Shown: positions 1-9,625, numbered from the stretch's first letter. The stretch is DNA of 64,000 nt from an uncultured Gammaproteobacteria bacterium (GCA_942491135.1 CALNZS010000005.1:58260-122259), one strand, 5' to 3'. Numbers and translations: made by a program. The notes: generated by a model not told the origin, from the sequence alone.

Positions 1-1267
1 CCGGGTTGTGGTCAACATGGAAACCACCGAACAGATCGGGCGCCTGGACGACGGCGTGGAGTACGTATTCTGGACCTTCGGCGGCACCGTGCCCGGCTCC
101 TTCATCCGGGTGCGCGTGGGCGACCTGGTGGAGTTCCACCTGAACAACCGGGCCGACAGCAGGATGCCGCACAACATCGACCTGCACGCGGTGACCGGCC
201 CTGGCGGCGGCGCCACGTCCTCGTTCACCGCGCCGGGCCACACGACGCAGTTCTCCTTCACGGCCCTGAACCCGGGCCTGTACGTGTATCACTGCGCCAC
301 GGCCCCGGTGGGTATGCACATCGCCAACGGCATGTACGGCCTGATCCTGGTGGAGCCGGAGGACGGCTACCCGCAAGTGGACCGGGAGTTCTACGTCATG
401 CAGAGCGAGTTCTACACCGAAGGCGACTACGGCGAGCGCGGCCTGCGTCCCTTCGACATGGCCGAAGCCCTGGCCGAAAACCCGGACTACGTGGTGTTCA
501 ACGGATCCGTTGGCGCACTGCGCGGCGACAACGCCATTCAGGCCGAAGTGGGGGAGACCATCCGGCTGTACGTCGGCAACGGCGGCCCCAACCTGGTGTC
601 GTCGTTCCACGTGATCGGCGAGATCTTCGACACCGTCTACATCGAAGGCGGCACCGCCATCAATCACAACGTGCAGTCCACCCTGGTGCCGGCCGGCGGC
701 TCCGCCATCGTCGAATTCAAGCTGGAAGCCCCGGGCGATCTGCACCTGGTGGACCACTCGATCTTCCGCGCCTTCAACAAGGGTGCGCTGGGCACCATTT
801 CAGTGGGCGGTGCCAACGATCTCGAGGTGTACTCCGGCCAGCAGTACGAAGGCATCTACCTGCCGGAAGGCCAGGCCACCCAGGTGGTCGGCGATCCCCA
901 CAGCGGGCCGCCGCAAATTGCCGCCGCCAACCGCGAGGAACGCATCCTGTTCGGCCAGCGGGTCTACGAACGCAACTGCATGGCCTGCCATCAATCGACC
1001 GGTGCGGGTATACCCGGGGCGTTTCCGCCGCTGGCCGGCGCCGACTACCTGCTCGACGACCCCCGGCACGCCATCAGCGTGCTGCTCGACGGCCTGTCCG
1101 GCGAGATCAGCGTCAACGGCGTGACCTACAACGGGGTCATGCCGGCGGTGCGGCTGTCGGATGAAGACACGGCCAACGTCCTGACTTACGTTCTGAATAC
1201 CTGGGGCAACGACGGCGGGGTGATCGAACCGGCGGACGTGGCCGCCCATCGGAGCAGCCGCAACTGA
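1..1267 (+). CDS. nirK: Copper-containing nitrite reductase NirK with fused C-terminal cytochrome c domain; N-terminus lies upstream of the window
   Basis: ORF 8..1267, with the frame open back to nt 2. Cu-ligand blocks PHNIDLHAVTG and YVYHCATAPVGMHIANGMYG. C-terminal CMACH haem-c motif. Confidence 0.9.
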   Translation, partial: RVVVNMETTEQIGRLDDGVEYVFWTFGGTVPGSFIRVRVGDLVEFHLNNRADSRMPHNIDLHAVTGPGGGATSSFTAPGHTTQFSFTALNPGLYVYHCATAPVGMHIANGMYGLILVEPEDGYPQVDREFYVMQSEFYTEGDYGERGLRPFDMAEALAENPDYVVFNGSVGALRGDNAIQAEVGETIRLYVGNGGPNLVSSFHVIGEIFDTVYIEGGTAINHNVQSTLVPAGGSAIVEFKLEAPGDLHLVDHSIFRAFNKGALGTISVGGANDLEVYSGQQYEGIYLPEGQATQVVGDPHSGPPQIAAANREERILFGQRVYERNCMACHQSTGAGIPGAFPPLAGADYLLDDPRHAISVLLDGLSGEISVNGVTYNGVMPAVRLSDEDTANVLTYVLNTWGNDGGVIEPADVAAHRSSRN

Positions 1268-2142
1268 TGGGACTGCCGGCGGGTTGGACCCGGCAGCGTG
1301 TTCCCGCGGCCGGACCGGTGCTGCTCTGCCTCGCCGCCCTGGCGGCGGCGCCGGAGCGGCTGGCCGATACCCCCGGCGGGACGTCCGTCGCGGCCGCGGC
1401 CGAGGACCACAGCGATATGGTGCTGGTCCGGGCCGGGTCCTATGCGCCGCTGTTCCGCGACCCGGGCCAGGCATCGCGCATCCCGGTGGACGCTTTCCTG
1501 ATGGACCGGTATCTGGTCAGCAACGCCGACTTCGCAGCCTTCGTCGCCGGCCATCCCGGCTGGGCGCCAGCGCGAGTGAAACCGGTGTTTGCCGACCCTA
1601 ACTACCTGAATCAGTGGCAGGGTTCGGATCCCAGCGACCCCACCGGCATCGGTCCGCAACCGGTGACCGAAGTGTCCTGGTTCGCCGCACGCGCCTACTG
1701 TCGCGCGCAAGGCAAACGCCTGCCCGGGGTCGACGAGTGGGAATACGCGGCCGGCGCCAACGAGCACAGCCCGGAAGCCCGGGACGACCCGGAGTTCCGG
1801 CAGCGGGTGCTGACCTGGTACTCGCGGCCCGCCATCACGCATCTGCCGGACGTCCGGGACACCTGGACGAACTACTGGGGCATCCAGGGTATGCATGGGG
1901 TCGTGTGGGAACTGGTCAACGACTTCAACAGCGCGCTGGTCAGCGGCGAGTCACGCGGCGACAGCGCCCTGGAGACCAGTCTCTATTGCGGCGCCGGCGC
2001 CGCGGCGTCGGCGGACCCGTCCGACTACGCGGCCTTCATGCGCTACGCCCTGCGCAGCAGCTACCAGGCCACCTCGACCATGCGATCCCTGGGATTCCGC
2101 TGCGCCAGGGACCTGCCCGACGCCGGCGCCCGGCCATCATGA
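1267..2142 (+). CDS. nirV: NirV-like FGE-sulfatase (SUMF1) domain protein
   Basis: Blocks VSWFAARAYC, DEWEYAA, WELVNDF and RSLGFRCARD are typical of the formylglycine-generating-enzyme fold. The start abuts the nirK stop, the usual nirK-nirV arrangement. Confidence 0.75.
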   Translation: MGLPAGWTRQRVPAAGPVLLCLAALAAAPERLADTPGGTSVAAAAEDHSDMVLVRAGSYAPLFRDPGQASRIPVDAFLMDRYLVSNADFAAFVAGHPGWAPARVKPVFADPNYLNQWQGSDPSDPTGIGPQPVTEVSWFAARAYCRAQGKRLPGVDEWEYAAGANEHSPEARDDPEFRQRVLTWYSRPAITHLPDVRDTWTNYWGIQGMHGVVWELVNDFNSALVSGESRGDSALETSLYCGAGAAASADPSDYAAFMRYALRSSYQATSTMRSLGFRCARDLPDAGARPS

Positions 2143-2723
2143 CGCACCCGGCGCTGCAGGTTCTGTTGGCGACGGTACTGGCAACGCTGGCCGGCATCTG
2201 CCCCGCCGCCTCCGGCGAGACGCTGCCGGACGACTCGGTCTACCACCTGGACGGGACCTGGCAGGATCAGAACGGCACCTCACTGCGCCTGCCCGACCTG
2301 AGCGGGCGGCCGCGCCTGCTCAGTTTCGTCTACACCTACTGCGAGCATACCTGCCCGACCATCGTCGCGCGCCTGAAGGACACCGTCAGCGAACTCGGTG
2401 ACCAAGCGCCTGCTGGACTCCAGATCACCCTGGTGTCACTCGACCCGGAACGCGACACCCCGCAGCGCATGAATGCCTGGATGACCGAGCGCGGCCTGGA
2501 TCCCCGGCAGTGGCGCATGCTGCACGGTTCACCGGACGACGTGCGCGGCTTCGCCGCCATGATCGGCGTGCGTTACCGTCCCATGGGCGACTCCGACATC
2601 GCCCACTCCAACATGATCACCGTGCTCGACCACGACGGCGTGATCCGCTATCAGTCCCAGGGACTGAACGACGATCCGGCCGCGGCCCGGGCCGCTCTCA
2701 GAGCATTGCCAGCGCCACCCTGA
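2139..2723 (+). CDS. SCO1/SenC family copper chaperone
   Basis: Internal ATG of ORF 1614..2723 (MTHPALQVLL...) forms an ATGA overlap with the nirV stop. Signal-like N-terminus and a thioredoxin-fold CEHTCP (CxxxCP) copper site. Confidence 0.85.
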   Translation: MTHPALQVLLATVLATLAGICPAASGETLPDDSVYHLDGTWQDQNGTSLRLPDLSGRPRLLSFVYTYCEHTCPTIVARLKDTVSELGDQAPAGLQITLVSLDPERDTPQRMNAWMTERGLDPRQWRMLHGSPDDVRGFAAMIGVRYRPMGDSDIAHSNMITVLDHDGVIRYQSQGLNDDPAAARAALRALPAPP

Positions 2724-2753
2724 CCGGCCTGTCCGGCAAGGCCCCGGAAATTA

Positions 2754-2774
2754 ACCGTCAGTGTTGACTTTTTC
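2754..2774 (+). promoter_or_regulatory. Copy of recurrent motif ACCGTCA-N4-TGAYTGT-TTT (candidate operator)
   Basis: ACCGTCA GTGT TGACTTT TTC, about 80 nt upstream of the MFS start at 2855. Confidence 0.45.
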
Positions 2775-2854
2775 TGCCCGCCACCAGAAGCTTCCCTGGG
2801 CATCTGGACGGCAGGGGAGATCCGAGTGCGGCCATTTCTCAGGATGTACGGGAC

Positions 2855-4192
2855 ATGAGCCGCCCGCTGAAGCGCTCGACCCTGTTCTACTACAGCCTCA
2901 CCGATCTGCCGGTGGCCATGTCGCTGTTTCCGGTGATGGTGTTCATCCCCCGGTTCTATGCCAGCGAAATCGGCGTGTCCCTGGCCACGATCGGCACGAT
3001 CATGTTCGTGGTCCGGATCTTCGACGTGGTCACCGATCCGTTCATGGGCTACCTGAGCGATCACACCCGGAGCCGCTTCGGGCGCCGCCGCCCTTGGATC
3101 CTGGCCGCGACGCCGATTCTGATGCTGTCGATCTACCAGCTCTTCATGCCGCCGGAGGGCGCCGGCGCGGCGCACATGATGATCTGGAGCATGGCGCTGT
3201 CCATCGGCACCACCATGATGCTCATCCCCTACTATGCCTGGGGCGCCGAGCTGTCCACCGACTACAACGAGCGCTCCCGTATCACCGGCGCCCGCGCCAT
3301 GGCCGGCATGCTGGGCAGCCTGTCGGCACAACTGGTGCCGGCGCTGGCGCTGATCCTGTTCGGCATCGGCGGCAGCTCCGCGGTGCTGCAGATCGTCGGC
3401 ATCACGATGCTGGTCGTCATGCCCATCAGCGTCCTGCTGACCCTCTGGGGCACGCCGGAAGCGCTGGTGGAGAAGCGTTCCACCCTGCCGGTGCTCCTGG
3501 GACTCAAACTGATGTGGCAGAACCGGCCGTTCAAGCAGCTCGTGGTCGCGTTCATGATCGGCTCGCTGGGTCTGAACGTCACCACGCCGCTGTACATCTT
3601 CTTCGTCGCCGACGTGCTCGGCGCCGAGGACAAAGCCATATTCATGCTCGCGTTCTTCTATCTGACGAGCTTCGCGTCGGTACCCTTCTGGGTCTGGTTC
3701 TCCGGGCGCATCGGCAAACACCGGGCCTACATCGCTTCCTTCGTCACGATTTCCTGTGCACACCCGTTCTATCTGCTGCTCGGCGAAGGAGACTTCTGGT
3801 GGATGCTGCCGGTCACGCTGGCCACCGGGTTCGCTGCCGGAGGTTTCGCGCAGACACTCCCCAACTCCATGAAGGCCGATGTCATCGACCTCGACACCGC
3901 GGCCAGTTCGGAGAATCGGGCCGCGCTGTTCTTCTCCGCCTGGTCGTTCGCCCAGAAGGCCACCTCTTCCCTGGGCGCGGTGATTGCCATGTTCGGCCTG
4001 GCGCTGCTCGGCTTCGACGCCGCACAGGGGGCCAACAACGGGCCCGACGAGCTGTTCGGTCTGCGCTTCCTGTTCTCCACCTTCCCGTCGCTGTTCTTCC
4101 TGCTGGGCGCCGCGATAGTCTGGAACTACCCCATCACGGAAGCGCGCCATGCCGAAATCCGGCGGGAGATCGAAGCCAAGTCGATGGCCTGA
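2855..4192 (+). CDS. MFS transporter, glycoside-pentoside-hexuronide (MelB-like) type
   Basis: 445-aa polytopic ORF. N-terminal YYSLTDLP...DPFMGYLSDHTRSRFGRRRPW block is typical of GPH/MFS_2. Confidence 0.8.
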   Translation: MSRPLKRSTLFYYSLTDLPVAMSLFPVMVFIPRFYASEIGVSLATIGTIMFVVRIFDVVTDPFMGYLSDHTRSRFGRRRPWILAATPILMLSIYQLFMPPEGAGAAHMMIWSMALSIGTTMMLIPYYAWGAELSTDYNERSRITGARAMAGMLGSLSAQLVPALALILFGIGGSSAVLQIVGITMLVVMPISVLLTLWGTPEALVEKRSTLPVLLGLKLMWQNRPFKQLVVAFMIGSLGLNVTTPLYIFFVADVLGAEDKAIFMLAFFYLTSFASVPFWVWFSGRIGKHRAYIASFVTISCAHPFYLLLGEGDFWWMLPVTLATGFAAGGFAQTLPNSMKADVIDLDTAASSENRAALFFSAWSFAQKATSSLGAVIAMFGLALLGFDAAQGANNGPDELFGLRFLFSTFPSLFFLLGAAIVWNYPITEARHAEIRREIEAKSMA

Positions 4193-4199
4193 CGGCGCC

Positions 4200-5021
4200 A
4201 TGCCGATGCGCAACGGCCAGCTGGTGGTGGAACCCGCCGTTGGCGCGCTGGGTGCCTTCGTCAGCGGCATCGACCTGAGCGCGCCACTGCCAGCGCCGGA
4301 CATCGACGACCTGCGGCGTCTCTGGCTGCATTATCAGGTGCTGTTCTTCCGCGATCAGTCCCTGGAGCCGGCGCAGCTCATGCGGGTCGCGCGTGCCTTC
4401 GGAGAGCCGATCCCATACCCCTTTCTTCCCGGTCTGGCGGGTCACGAAGCCATTACGGTGGTCGAGAAACGACCTGAAGACCGGGTCGCGTTCGGCGAGG
4501 TCTGGCACACCGACATGGCATACCTGGACACGCCGCCCAGCGCCACCCTGCTGCTGGCGCGGCAGACCCCGGCACAGGGCGGCGACACCCTGTGGGCCAG
4601 CCTGTACCAGGCTTTCGACGCCCTGTCGCCGGCACTGCAGGCCTGGCTCGGCACCCTGACCGTGATCAACCGTTCCGACCGGCCGGCGGTCAGCGCCACC
4701 CGCAGGCCGCCAGGCGCAGACGCCCACCGTGCACCGGTACTGGAGGCAGAGCACCCGCTGATCACCCGCCATCCCGAATCGGGTCGGCCCCTGCTGTACC
4801 TGAGTCCGGCACACGCATGCCGTTTCGGCGGCATGACCGACGCCGAAAGCCAGCCCATGATCGCCTGGCTGGCCGCGCACGCCATACGGCCGGAGTTCAC
4901 CTGCCGGCTGCGCTGGGCGCCAGGCACCCTGGCGCTCTGGGACAACCGCTGCTGCCTGCACTTCCCGGTCAACGACTACCCGGGCCAGGCGCGGGTCATG
5001 CACCGGGTAACGTTGGCCTGA
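4200..5021 (+). CDS. TauD/TfdA family Fe(II)/2-oxoglutarate dioxygenase
   Basis: WHTDMAY (HxD) and C-terminal LWDNRCCLH...R motifs. Start moved to the ATG at 4200 (MPMRNGQL), just after the MFS stop. Confidence 0.85.
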   Translation: MPMRNGQLVVEPAVGALGAFVSGIDLSAPLPAPDIDDLRRLWLHYQVLFFRDQSLEPAQLMRVARAFGEPIPYPFLPGLAGHEAITVVEKRPEDRVAFGEVWHTDMAYLDTPPSATLLLARQTPAQGGDTLWASLYQAFDALSPALQAWLGTLTVINRSDRPAVSATRRPPGADAHRAPVLEAEHPLITRHPESGRPLLYLSPAHACRFGGMTDAESQPMIAWLAAHAIRPEFTCRLRWAPGTLALWDNRCCLHFPVNDYPGQARVMHRVTLA

Positions 5022-5049
5022 CCCGATCCGCCCCTGCCGCCGGCGCCGT

Positions 5050-6162
5050 TCAGAGCAGCGCGCCGAGCTGTTCGCGATGCCAGACGCCATCGCCCAGCAG
5101 GAACTGACCGTGCATCTGCCGTTTGTGAAAGATCTGCACGTCCGCTTCCCAGGTGAAGCCGATGCCGCCGTGAAGCTGCGTTGCGCGATTGGAACAGAAC
5201 GAGGCGGTGTCGGACGCGCTGGCCTGGGCCATGTGAGCACAGCGCCGGGCGTCGTCCGGGTCGTGGTCGTAGGCGCAGGCCGCGTTATAGACCAGCGACC
5301 GGGTCTCGTCGGCCATGATCATCATGTTCACGATGGGGTGCTTGACCGCCTGGAAGAAACCGATGGGCCGATCGAACTGCCGGCGCACGGTGGCGTACTC
5401 CGCCGTGGACTGAAGCTGCCGCTCCGCCGCGCCGGCCATGTCCGCGGCCAGCAGGGTCCAGACCGCGGGCATGGCGCGGGCCAGCACTGCTTCGCCCGCA
5501 CCGGGCGCAGCAATCTCCTCTGCGGCAACGTCATCGAAGTTCAAGCGCCCCTGGTCCCGGGTCAGATCGACGATGCGGTCGCGCTGCAGCGAGGCGGCCT
5601 CCGCCTCCACGTGATACAGGCCGATGCCGGCATCCCCGCGGGCGGCAACCACGAAGCCGGCGGCCTTCTGCGGATCCTGTACGAACCAGCTGGTACCGGA
5701 CAGGCGGCCGTCCCGTACCTGCACGTCGGTGGAGTCGATCCCCGGCGAACCCTCCTGACCCGTGATGGCCAGGGCCAGACGGTGGCCCTGGGCCACCCGG
5801 GCCAACAGATCCGCGGCCGCGGCTTCGCGCAACACGAAAGTCGCCTGCAGGGTGCTGGTCAACGGGGTCGGGCAGGCAGCCCGGCCGACCTCCTCCTGGA
5901 TGGCCGCGGCCGCCACCAGCCCCATGCCGGCGCCGCCGGCTGCTTCCGGAACCGCCAGCAGGGTCCAGCCCAGGTTGACCATCTCGCTCCAGGCTTCCGG
6001 GTCGTACCAGCCCTCCCGCAGCTTGCCGCGGTAGGGGTCCTCGGTGCCCTCGATCTGTGGCCGCAGCGCGGTCAGCGGTTTCAGATCATCGAAGAAGCGC
6101 CGTGCGGCGTCCTTCAACATGCCGGTTTCGGCATCAAAGCCGAAGTCTCTCGGTTGGGTCAT
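5050..6162 (-). CDS. Acyl-CoA dehydrogenase family protein (second gene of an adjacent ACAD pair)
   Basis: 370-aa ORF with ACAD middle and C-terminal domain blocks (QLHGGIGFTWE). 15 nt downstream of the preceding ACAD gene. Confidence 0.85.
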   Translation of the reverse strand: MTQPRDFGFDAETGMLKDAARRFFDDLKPLTALRPQIEGTEDPYRGKLREGWYDPEAWSEMVNLGWTLLAVPEAAGGAGMGLVAAAAIQEEVGRAACPTPLTSTLQATFVLREAAAADLLARVAQGHRLALAITGQEGSPGIDSTDVQVRDGRLSGTSWFVQDPQKAAGFVVAARGDAGIGLYHVEAEAASLQRDRIVDLTRDQGRLNFDDVAAEEIAAPGAGEAVLARAMPAVWTLLAADMAGAAERQLQSTAEYATVRRQFDRPIGFFQAVKHPIVNMMIMADETRSLVYNAACAYDHDPDDARRCAHMAQASASDTASFCSNRATQLHGGIGFTWEADVQIFHKRQMHGQFLLGDGVWHREQLGALL

Positions 6163-6177
6163 GGTGTTCTCCCTGAA

Positions 6178-7386
6178 CTACTTGGTCTTGGGCAGGCCCA
6201 GAACCCGCTCGCCGAGAATGTTGCGCTGAATTTCGCTGCTGCCGCCGGAGATGGTTCCGGTGTAGCTGTTCATGTAAGCCAGCGCCCAGCGGCCATCTTC
6301 CACCGCGTGTTCGTCACCCACGTACAGACTGCTGCTCATGCCGAGCACGCCGAGCGCCGTCTCGTTGAGCGCCTGGCCGATTTCACTGCCCACCAGCTTG
6401 CCCTGCAGCGGCAGCCGCATCGGGCCGTCGGTGAGGGCCTCGACCCGGGCCCGGCGGCCGTTCTGCATGGCCGCTTCGATGCGCACGTACAGACTGACGA
6501 TGCGGTCACGCCACACCGGATCGTCCCAGACCGGCCGTCCATTGCGCCGCGTCGTTTTCGCCAGCTCGATGAGCTGAAGCACCCCGGACAGCGGCGACTC
6601 GCTGCTGGCCACGGCGCCAACCCCGGTGCCGGCGCCGCGTTCGTTGGTCAGGGTCGACATGGCCACCTTCCAGCCGGCGCCGACTTCGTCGACACGCAGA
6701 TCGTCGGGTACCACCACGTTTTCGAGAAACACCTCGTTGAAGCCGGCTTCCCCGGTCATCTTGTGAATCGGCCGCACGGTGACCCCGGGCTGATCCATGG
6801 ACGCCAGGAAGTAGGTGATGCCGTTGTATTTGTCGTTCTTGTCCGTTCTTGCCAGCAGCAACATCCAGCTCGCCAGGGCGCCGAGGCTGGTCCACACCTT
6901 GCTGCCGTTGATGATCCAGCCATCACCGTCTTTGACGGCCGACGTCTGCAGGGATACCAGATCGGAGCCGGCGCCGGGCTCACTGAAGCCCTGGCACCAG
7001 ATCTCCTCGGCGCTGAAGATGGGCGGCAGAAAACGCTGCTTCTGCGCCTCCGTGCCATGAATCAGCAGCGTCGGCGCGGTCATGCCGAGACCGATCCAGT
7101 TGATGAAATATGGCACCTTGGCGCGCCGCACCTCGGCACTGGCGATCGCCTGCAGATCGGTGTGACCGTGCCCGCCGTAGGCCCGCGGCACGTCGGTGGC
7201 AATGAGCCCCGCCTCGTAACAGCGCGCCTGCCAGTCGCACAGATAACGCCGGTGGTCGTCGTAGGTCACCTCGTAGGCGGCCTGGGGTAACGGCGTCTCC
7301 GTCGGCGGCGGCCGGTTCTCTTCCAGCCAGCGCCGGCAATAGTCGCGGAACTCGTCCTGCTCCGGTGAAGTTACTTTCTCTGTCAT
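6178..7386 (-). CDS. Acyl-CoA dehydrogenase family protein (first gene of the ACAD pair)
   Basis: Internal ATG of ORF 6178..8013 (MTEKVTSPEQDEF...). Blocks CQGFSEPGAGSD, GSKVWTS and GGSSEIQRNILGERVLGLP. Confidence 0.9.
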   Translation of the reverse strand: MTEKVTSPEQDEFRDYCRRWLEENRPPPTETPLPQAAYEVTYDDHRRYLCDWQARCYEAGLIATDVPRAYGGHGHTDLQAIASAEVRRAKVPYFINWIGLGMTAPTLLIHGTEAQKQRFLPPIFSAEEIWCQGFSEPGAGSDLVSLQTSAVKDGDGWIINGSKVWTSLGALASWMLLLARTDKNDKYNGITYFLASMDQPGVTVRPIHKMTGEAGFNEVFLENVVVPDDLRVDEVGAGWKVAMSTLTNERGAGTGVGAVASSESPLSGVLQLIELAKTTRRNGRPVWDDPVWRDRIVSLYVRIEAAMQNGRRARVEALTDGPMRLPLQGKLVGSEIGQALNETALGVLGMSSSLYVGDEHAVEDGRWALAYMNSYTGTISGGSSEIQRNILGERVLGLPKTK

Positions 7387-7456
7387 GCCTGCTCCCGACC
7401 CTCTATCTGCCGCGTTGCCCGACTGGGACCGCTTATGCTTGCATTTGCCCGCCGGA

Positions 7457-7477
7457 GAAACAATCATACATGACGGT
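7457..7477 (-). promoter_or_regulatory. Copy of recurrent motif (candidate operator)
   Basis: Minus strand reads ACCGTCA TGTA TGATTGT TTC. Lies in the divergent region between the ACAD start (7386) and the PPOX start (7522). Confidence 0.45.
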
Positions 7478-7521
7478 TTCGATTTTCTGCGCACCCGCGG
7501 CGCAATCAGGGGGAGAAAAAC

Positions 7522-8115
7522 TTGGTTCAGACTCACGACCACGAAATCGTCTCGATCTACCCGTTCAGTGACGACGAGGTGGATGCGCTGATGACTCATG
7601 CCGCAGAAGCGGTGCTGATGTGGGGAACCCGGGATGGGTGGCCCGTTGGCGTGACCCACGCCTTCTACTGGAAGGACGGCAAAATCTGGCTGACCTTCGC
7701 CGCCCACCGGCATCGCGCCGCGGCCATCCGCCGTGACCCGCGTGTGTCGGTCAACGTCAGCAGCGCCAGCTACCCGGCGGGTGCGCCCGAGGACCTGCCC
7801 CATGGCGCCATCACCTTCAAGGGCACCGTCGAGTTCTTCGACGACGACGCCACCAAAGCCTGGTTCTATCCGGCTCTGGCGAAGAAGGTCAGTCCGAGTG
7901 ACGCCGGCTTCGAGGAGTACTTCAACAATCTGCTGGACTCCCCGCTGCGGGTCATCATCGCCGTCACGCCGGTCAAGAAAATCATGTACAACTCCGCGAC
8001 CGCGGGCCGGCACATGGCCGGCACCATCAGCGAGGACGAACTCGGTGAGCGGCTCGAGGCCGACCGGGAACGCATGAACAAGCTCAGGGCCGAACGCGGC
8101 CTGGAGGAGCGCTGA
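7522..8115 (+). CDS. Pyridoxamine 5'-phosphate oxidase (PPOX) family flavin/deazaflavin-binding protein
   Basis: TTG start behind AGGGGGAG. Close paralog of 44628..45221 with shared blocks HEIVSIYPFSD, GKIW.TFAAHRHRA.AIRRD and LDSPLRVI.AVTPVKKIMYN. Confidence 0.75.
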   Translation: MVQTHDHEIVSIYPFSDDEVDALMTHAAEAVLMWGTRDGWPVGVTHAFYWKDGKIWLTFAAHRHRAAAIRRDPRVSVNVSSASYPAGAPEDLPHGAITFKGTVEFFDDDATKAWFYPALAKKVSPSDAGFEEYFNNLLDSPLRVIIAVTPVKKIMYNSATAGRHMAGTISEDELGERLEADRERMNKLRAERGLEER

Positions 8116-8218
8116 GCGACCGAGTCGGGCAAATCAATCACCAGTGAATCAATGGCCCTGCCTGAGACCACCGACGGCAAGGCCGGGGTCGAAAGCTTCG
8201 ATACGCACAGGAGGCGTC

Positions 8219-9577
8219 ATGGCAGAGCGAATTCCAATCGTTGAAGACTGGCCTGAGCAGCGCACCCGCGGTCACCGGATTCCCGGAGAACGCTACACAT
8301 CCCGCGAGTTCTTTGCCAAAGAATGGGAAGGAATGTGGACCAAGGTCTGGCTCCTGCTTGGCCGTGAAGCAGAGCTGCCGAACCCGGGTGACTGGCAGAT
8401 GGAGCCGGTGGGCGCCGAGGAAATCCTGATGGTCCGCCAGAAGGACCGCACGGTGAAGGCGTTCTACAACGTCTGTCAGCACCGCGCCAATCCGCTGGTC
8501 TCCGAGCCCAAGGGCACCATCAAGCAGCGCTTCGTCTGCAAGTATCACAGCTGGGCTTACCTGCCGGACGGCACCCTGAACTTCGCACCCGACAAGGAGG
8601 ATTTCCCCGAGGGTAATCCTTGCGAAAACGTGCGCCTGGCGGAAATTCCCTGCGAGACCTTCGCCGGCTTCGTGTTTATCAACATGGACCCGGACTGCAT
8701 GAGCCTGCGCGAATACCTGGGCCCGATCTGGGACGACTGGGAACGGCGCGAGATCCACACCTGGCAGCGCACCATGGCCAACACCATGTGGCTGCCGTGT
8801 AACTGGAAAGTCGTGCTGGACAACTTCAACGAGTCCTATCACGTGCCGACCGTGCACATGGCCGCCACCCCCGATACCGATCGCACCCAGATCCGCGGCG
8901 CCATCAATACCTACTTCAAGGAAACCAAGTTCGATCTGTCGAACGAAGGTCACAACCGCATGATCATGAAGGGCGGTTTCGGAGTGGGCGCGACGGACAA
9001 GGAAGGCAACATCCAGGAGCCGCTGGCCAGCCAGCTCCGTTACTGGGAAATCGATCCCGACGAGTACAAAGGGCGTCCGGAGGACACCCGGGAAGCCATC
9101 CAGGAAGCCAAGCGGCGCCTGGGGCCGGACCGCGGATTCACCCACTACGCCAAGGTACCGGACGAGCAGCTCACCGACGCCTTCCACTACACGCTGTTTC
9201 CCAACTTCGCCGTTTCCCTGTGGTCGGATGGGTTCCACTTCCTGCGGGCACGACCGCACCGCGAAGACCCGGAACAATGCCTGTTCGACAACTGGTGGTA
9301 CGCAAGCCCTGCCTCCGTGGCGGAAGGGCCGGAGTCCACGGATCGCATGCGCGGCTCACACACCGACGGTGAGGCGCCGGTCCAGGAACTGACCTTCGGT
9401 AAGGACTCCATCGGCCCGGCCATCGAAGAAGACGTGGAAGTGTTCGTGACTCAACAGCGGGGTTTCCGCTCGCGGGGATTCACCGGCGTCTACCTGTCCA
9501 ACCAGGAGACCCGCATCCGCCGCTATCACGAACTGATCGACGACTACATCGAAGGTCGGCTGCCGCAGAACGACTGA
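8219..9577 (+). CDS. Rieske [2Fe-2S] aromatic-ring-hydroxylating oxygenase, alpha subunit
   Basis: ATG behind CAGGAGG (MAERIPIV...). Rieske motif CQHR...CKYHSWAY. Large catalytic C-terminal domain. Confidence 0.9.
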   Translation: MAERIPIVEDWPEQRTRGHRIPGERYTSREFFAKEWEGMWTKVWLLLGREAELPNPGDWQMEPVGAEEILMVRQKDRTVKAFYNVCQHRANPLVSEPKGTIKQRFVCKYHSWAYLPDGTLNFAPDKEDFPEGNPCENVRLAEIPCETFAGFVFINMDPDCMSLREYLGPIWDDWERREIHTWQRTMANTMWLPCNWKVVLDNFNESYHVPTVHMAATPDTDRTQIRGAINTYFKETKFDLSNEGHNRMIMKGGFGVGATDKEGNIQEPLASQLRYWEIDPDEYKGRPEDTREAIQEAKRRLGPDRGFTHYAKVPDEQLTDAFHYTLFPNFAVSLWSDGFHFLRARPHREDPEQCLFDNWWYASPASVAEGPESTDRMRGSHTDGEAPVQELTFGKDSIGPAIEEDVEVFVTQQRGFRSRGFTGVYLSNQETRIRRYHELIDDYIEGRLPQND

Positions 9578-9593
9578 TCCGGCGACCCTGGCG

Positions 9594-9611
9594 CGCCGCC
9601 TTCCGGCGGCG
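9594..9611. terminator. Hairpin between convergent genes (possible bidirectional terminator)
   Basis: CGCCGCC-ttcc-GGCGGCG, a perfect 7-bp stem between stops at 9577 (+) and 9626 (-). No clear U-tract. Confidence 0.4.
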
Positions 9612-9625
9612 TCAGGGCGTCAGGG

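Noticed and set aside
2651-4303. Long antisense or alternative-frame ORFs, for example 2651..4303(-), 5077..7290(+), 26522..27970(-), 28031..29356(-), 33762..35588(-), 46278..48917(-) and 52400..53806(-)
   Set aside because: They are rich in Arg, Gly, Ala and Pro with no recognisable domains. They lie opposite or out of frame to ORFs with clear family motifs. Such shadow ORFs are expected in GC-rich DNA.
6178-8013. 611-aa version of the ACAD ORF, and similar N-terminal extensions of track ORFs (1614..2723, 32145..34940, 38831..40285, 50904..52493, 50417..51193, 41243..42538, 18808..20208)
   Set aside because: The extensions are low-complexity, run across intergenic motif copies or neighbouring genes, and lack an RBS. 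Internal starts with Shine-Dalgarno sequences give N-termini typical of the families.
8131-8157. Direct repeat AATCAAT...AATCAAT upstream of the first Rieske gene, considered as another copy of the island motif
   Set aside because: Only the TGATTGA-like half matches when reverse-complemented, and the left half-site is not conserved. Too weak to call.
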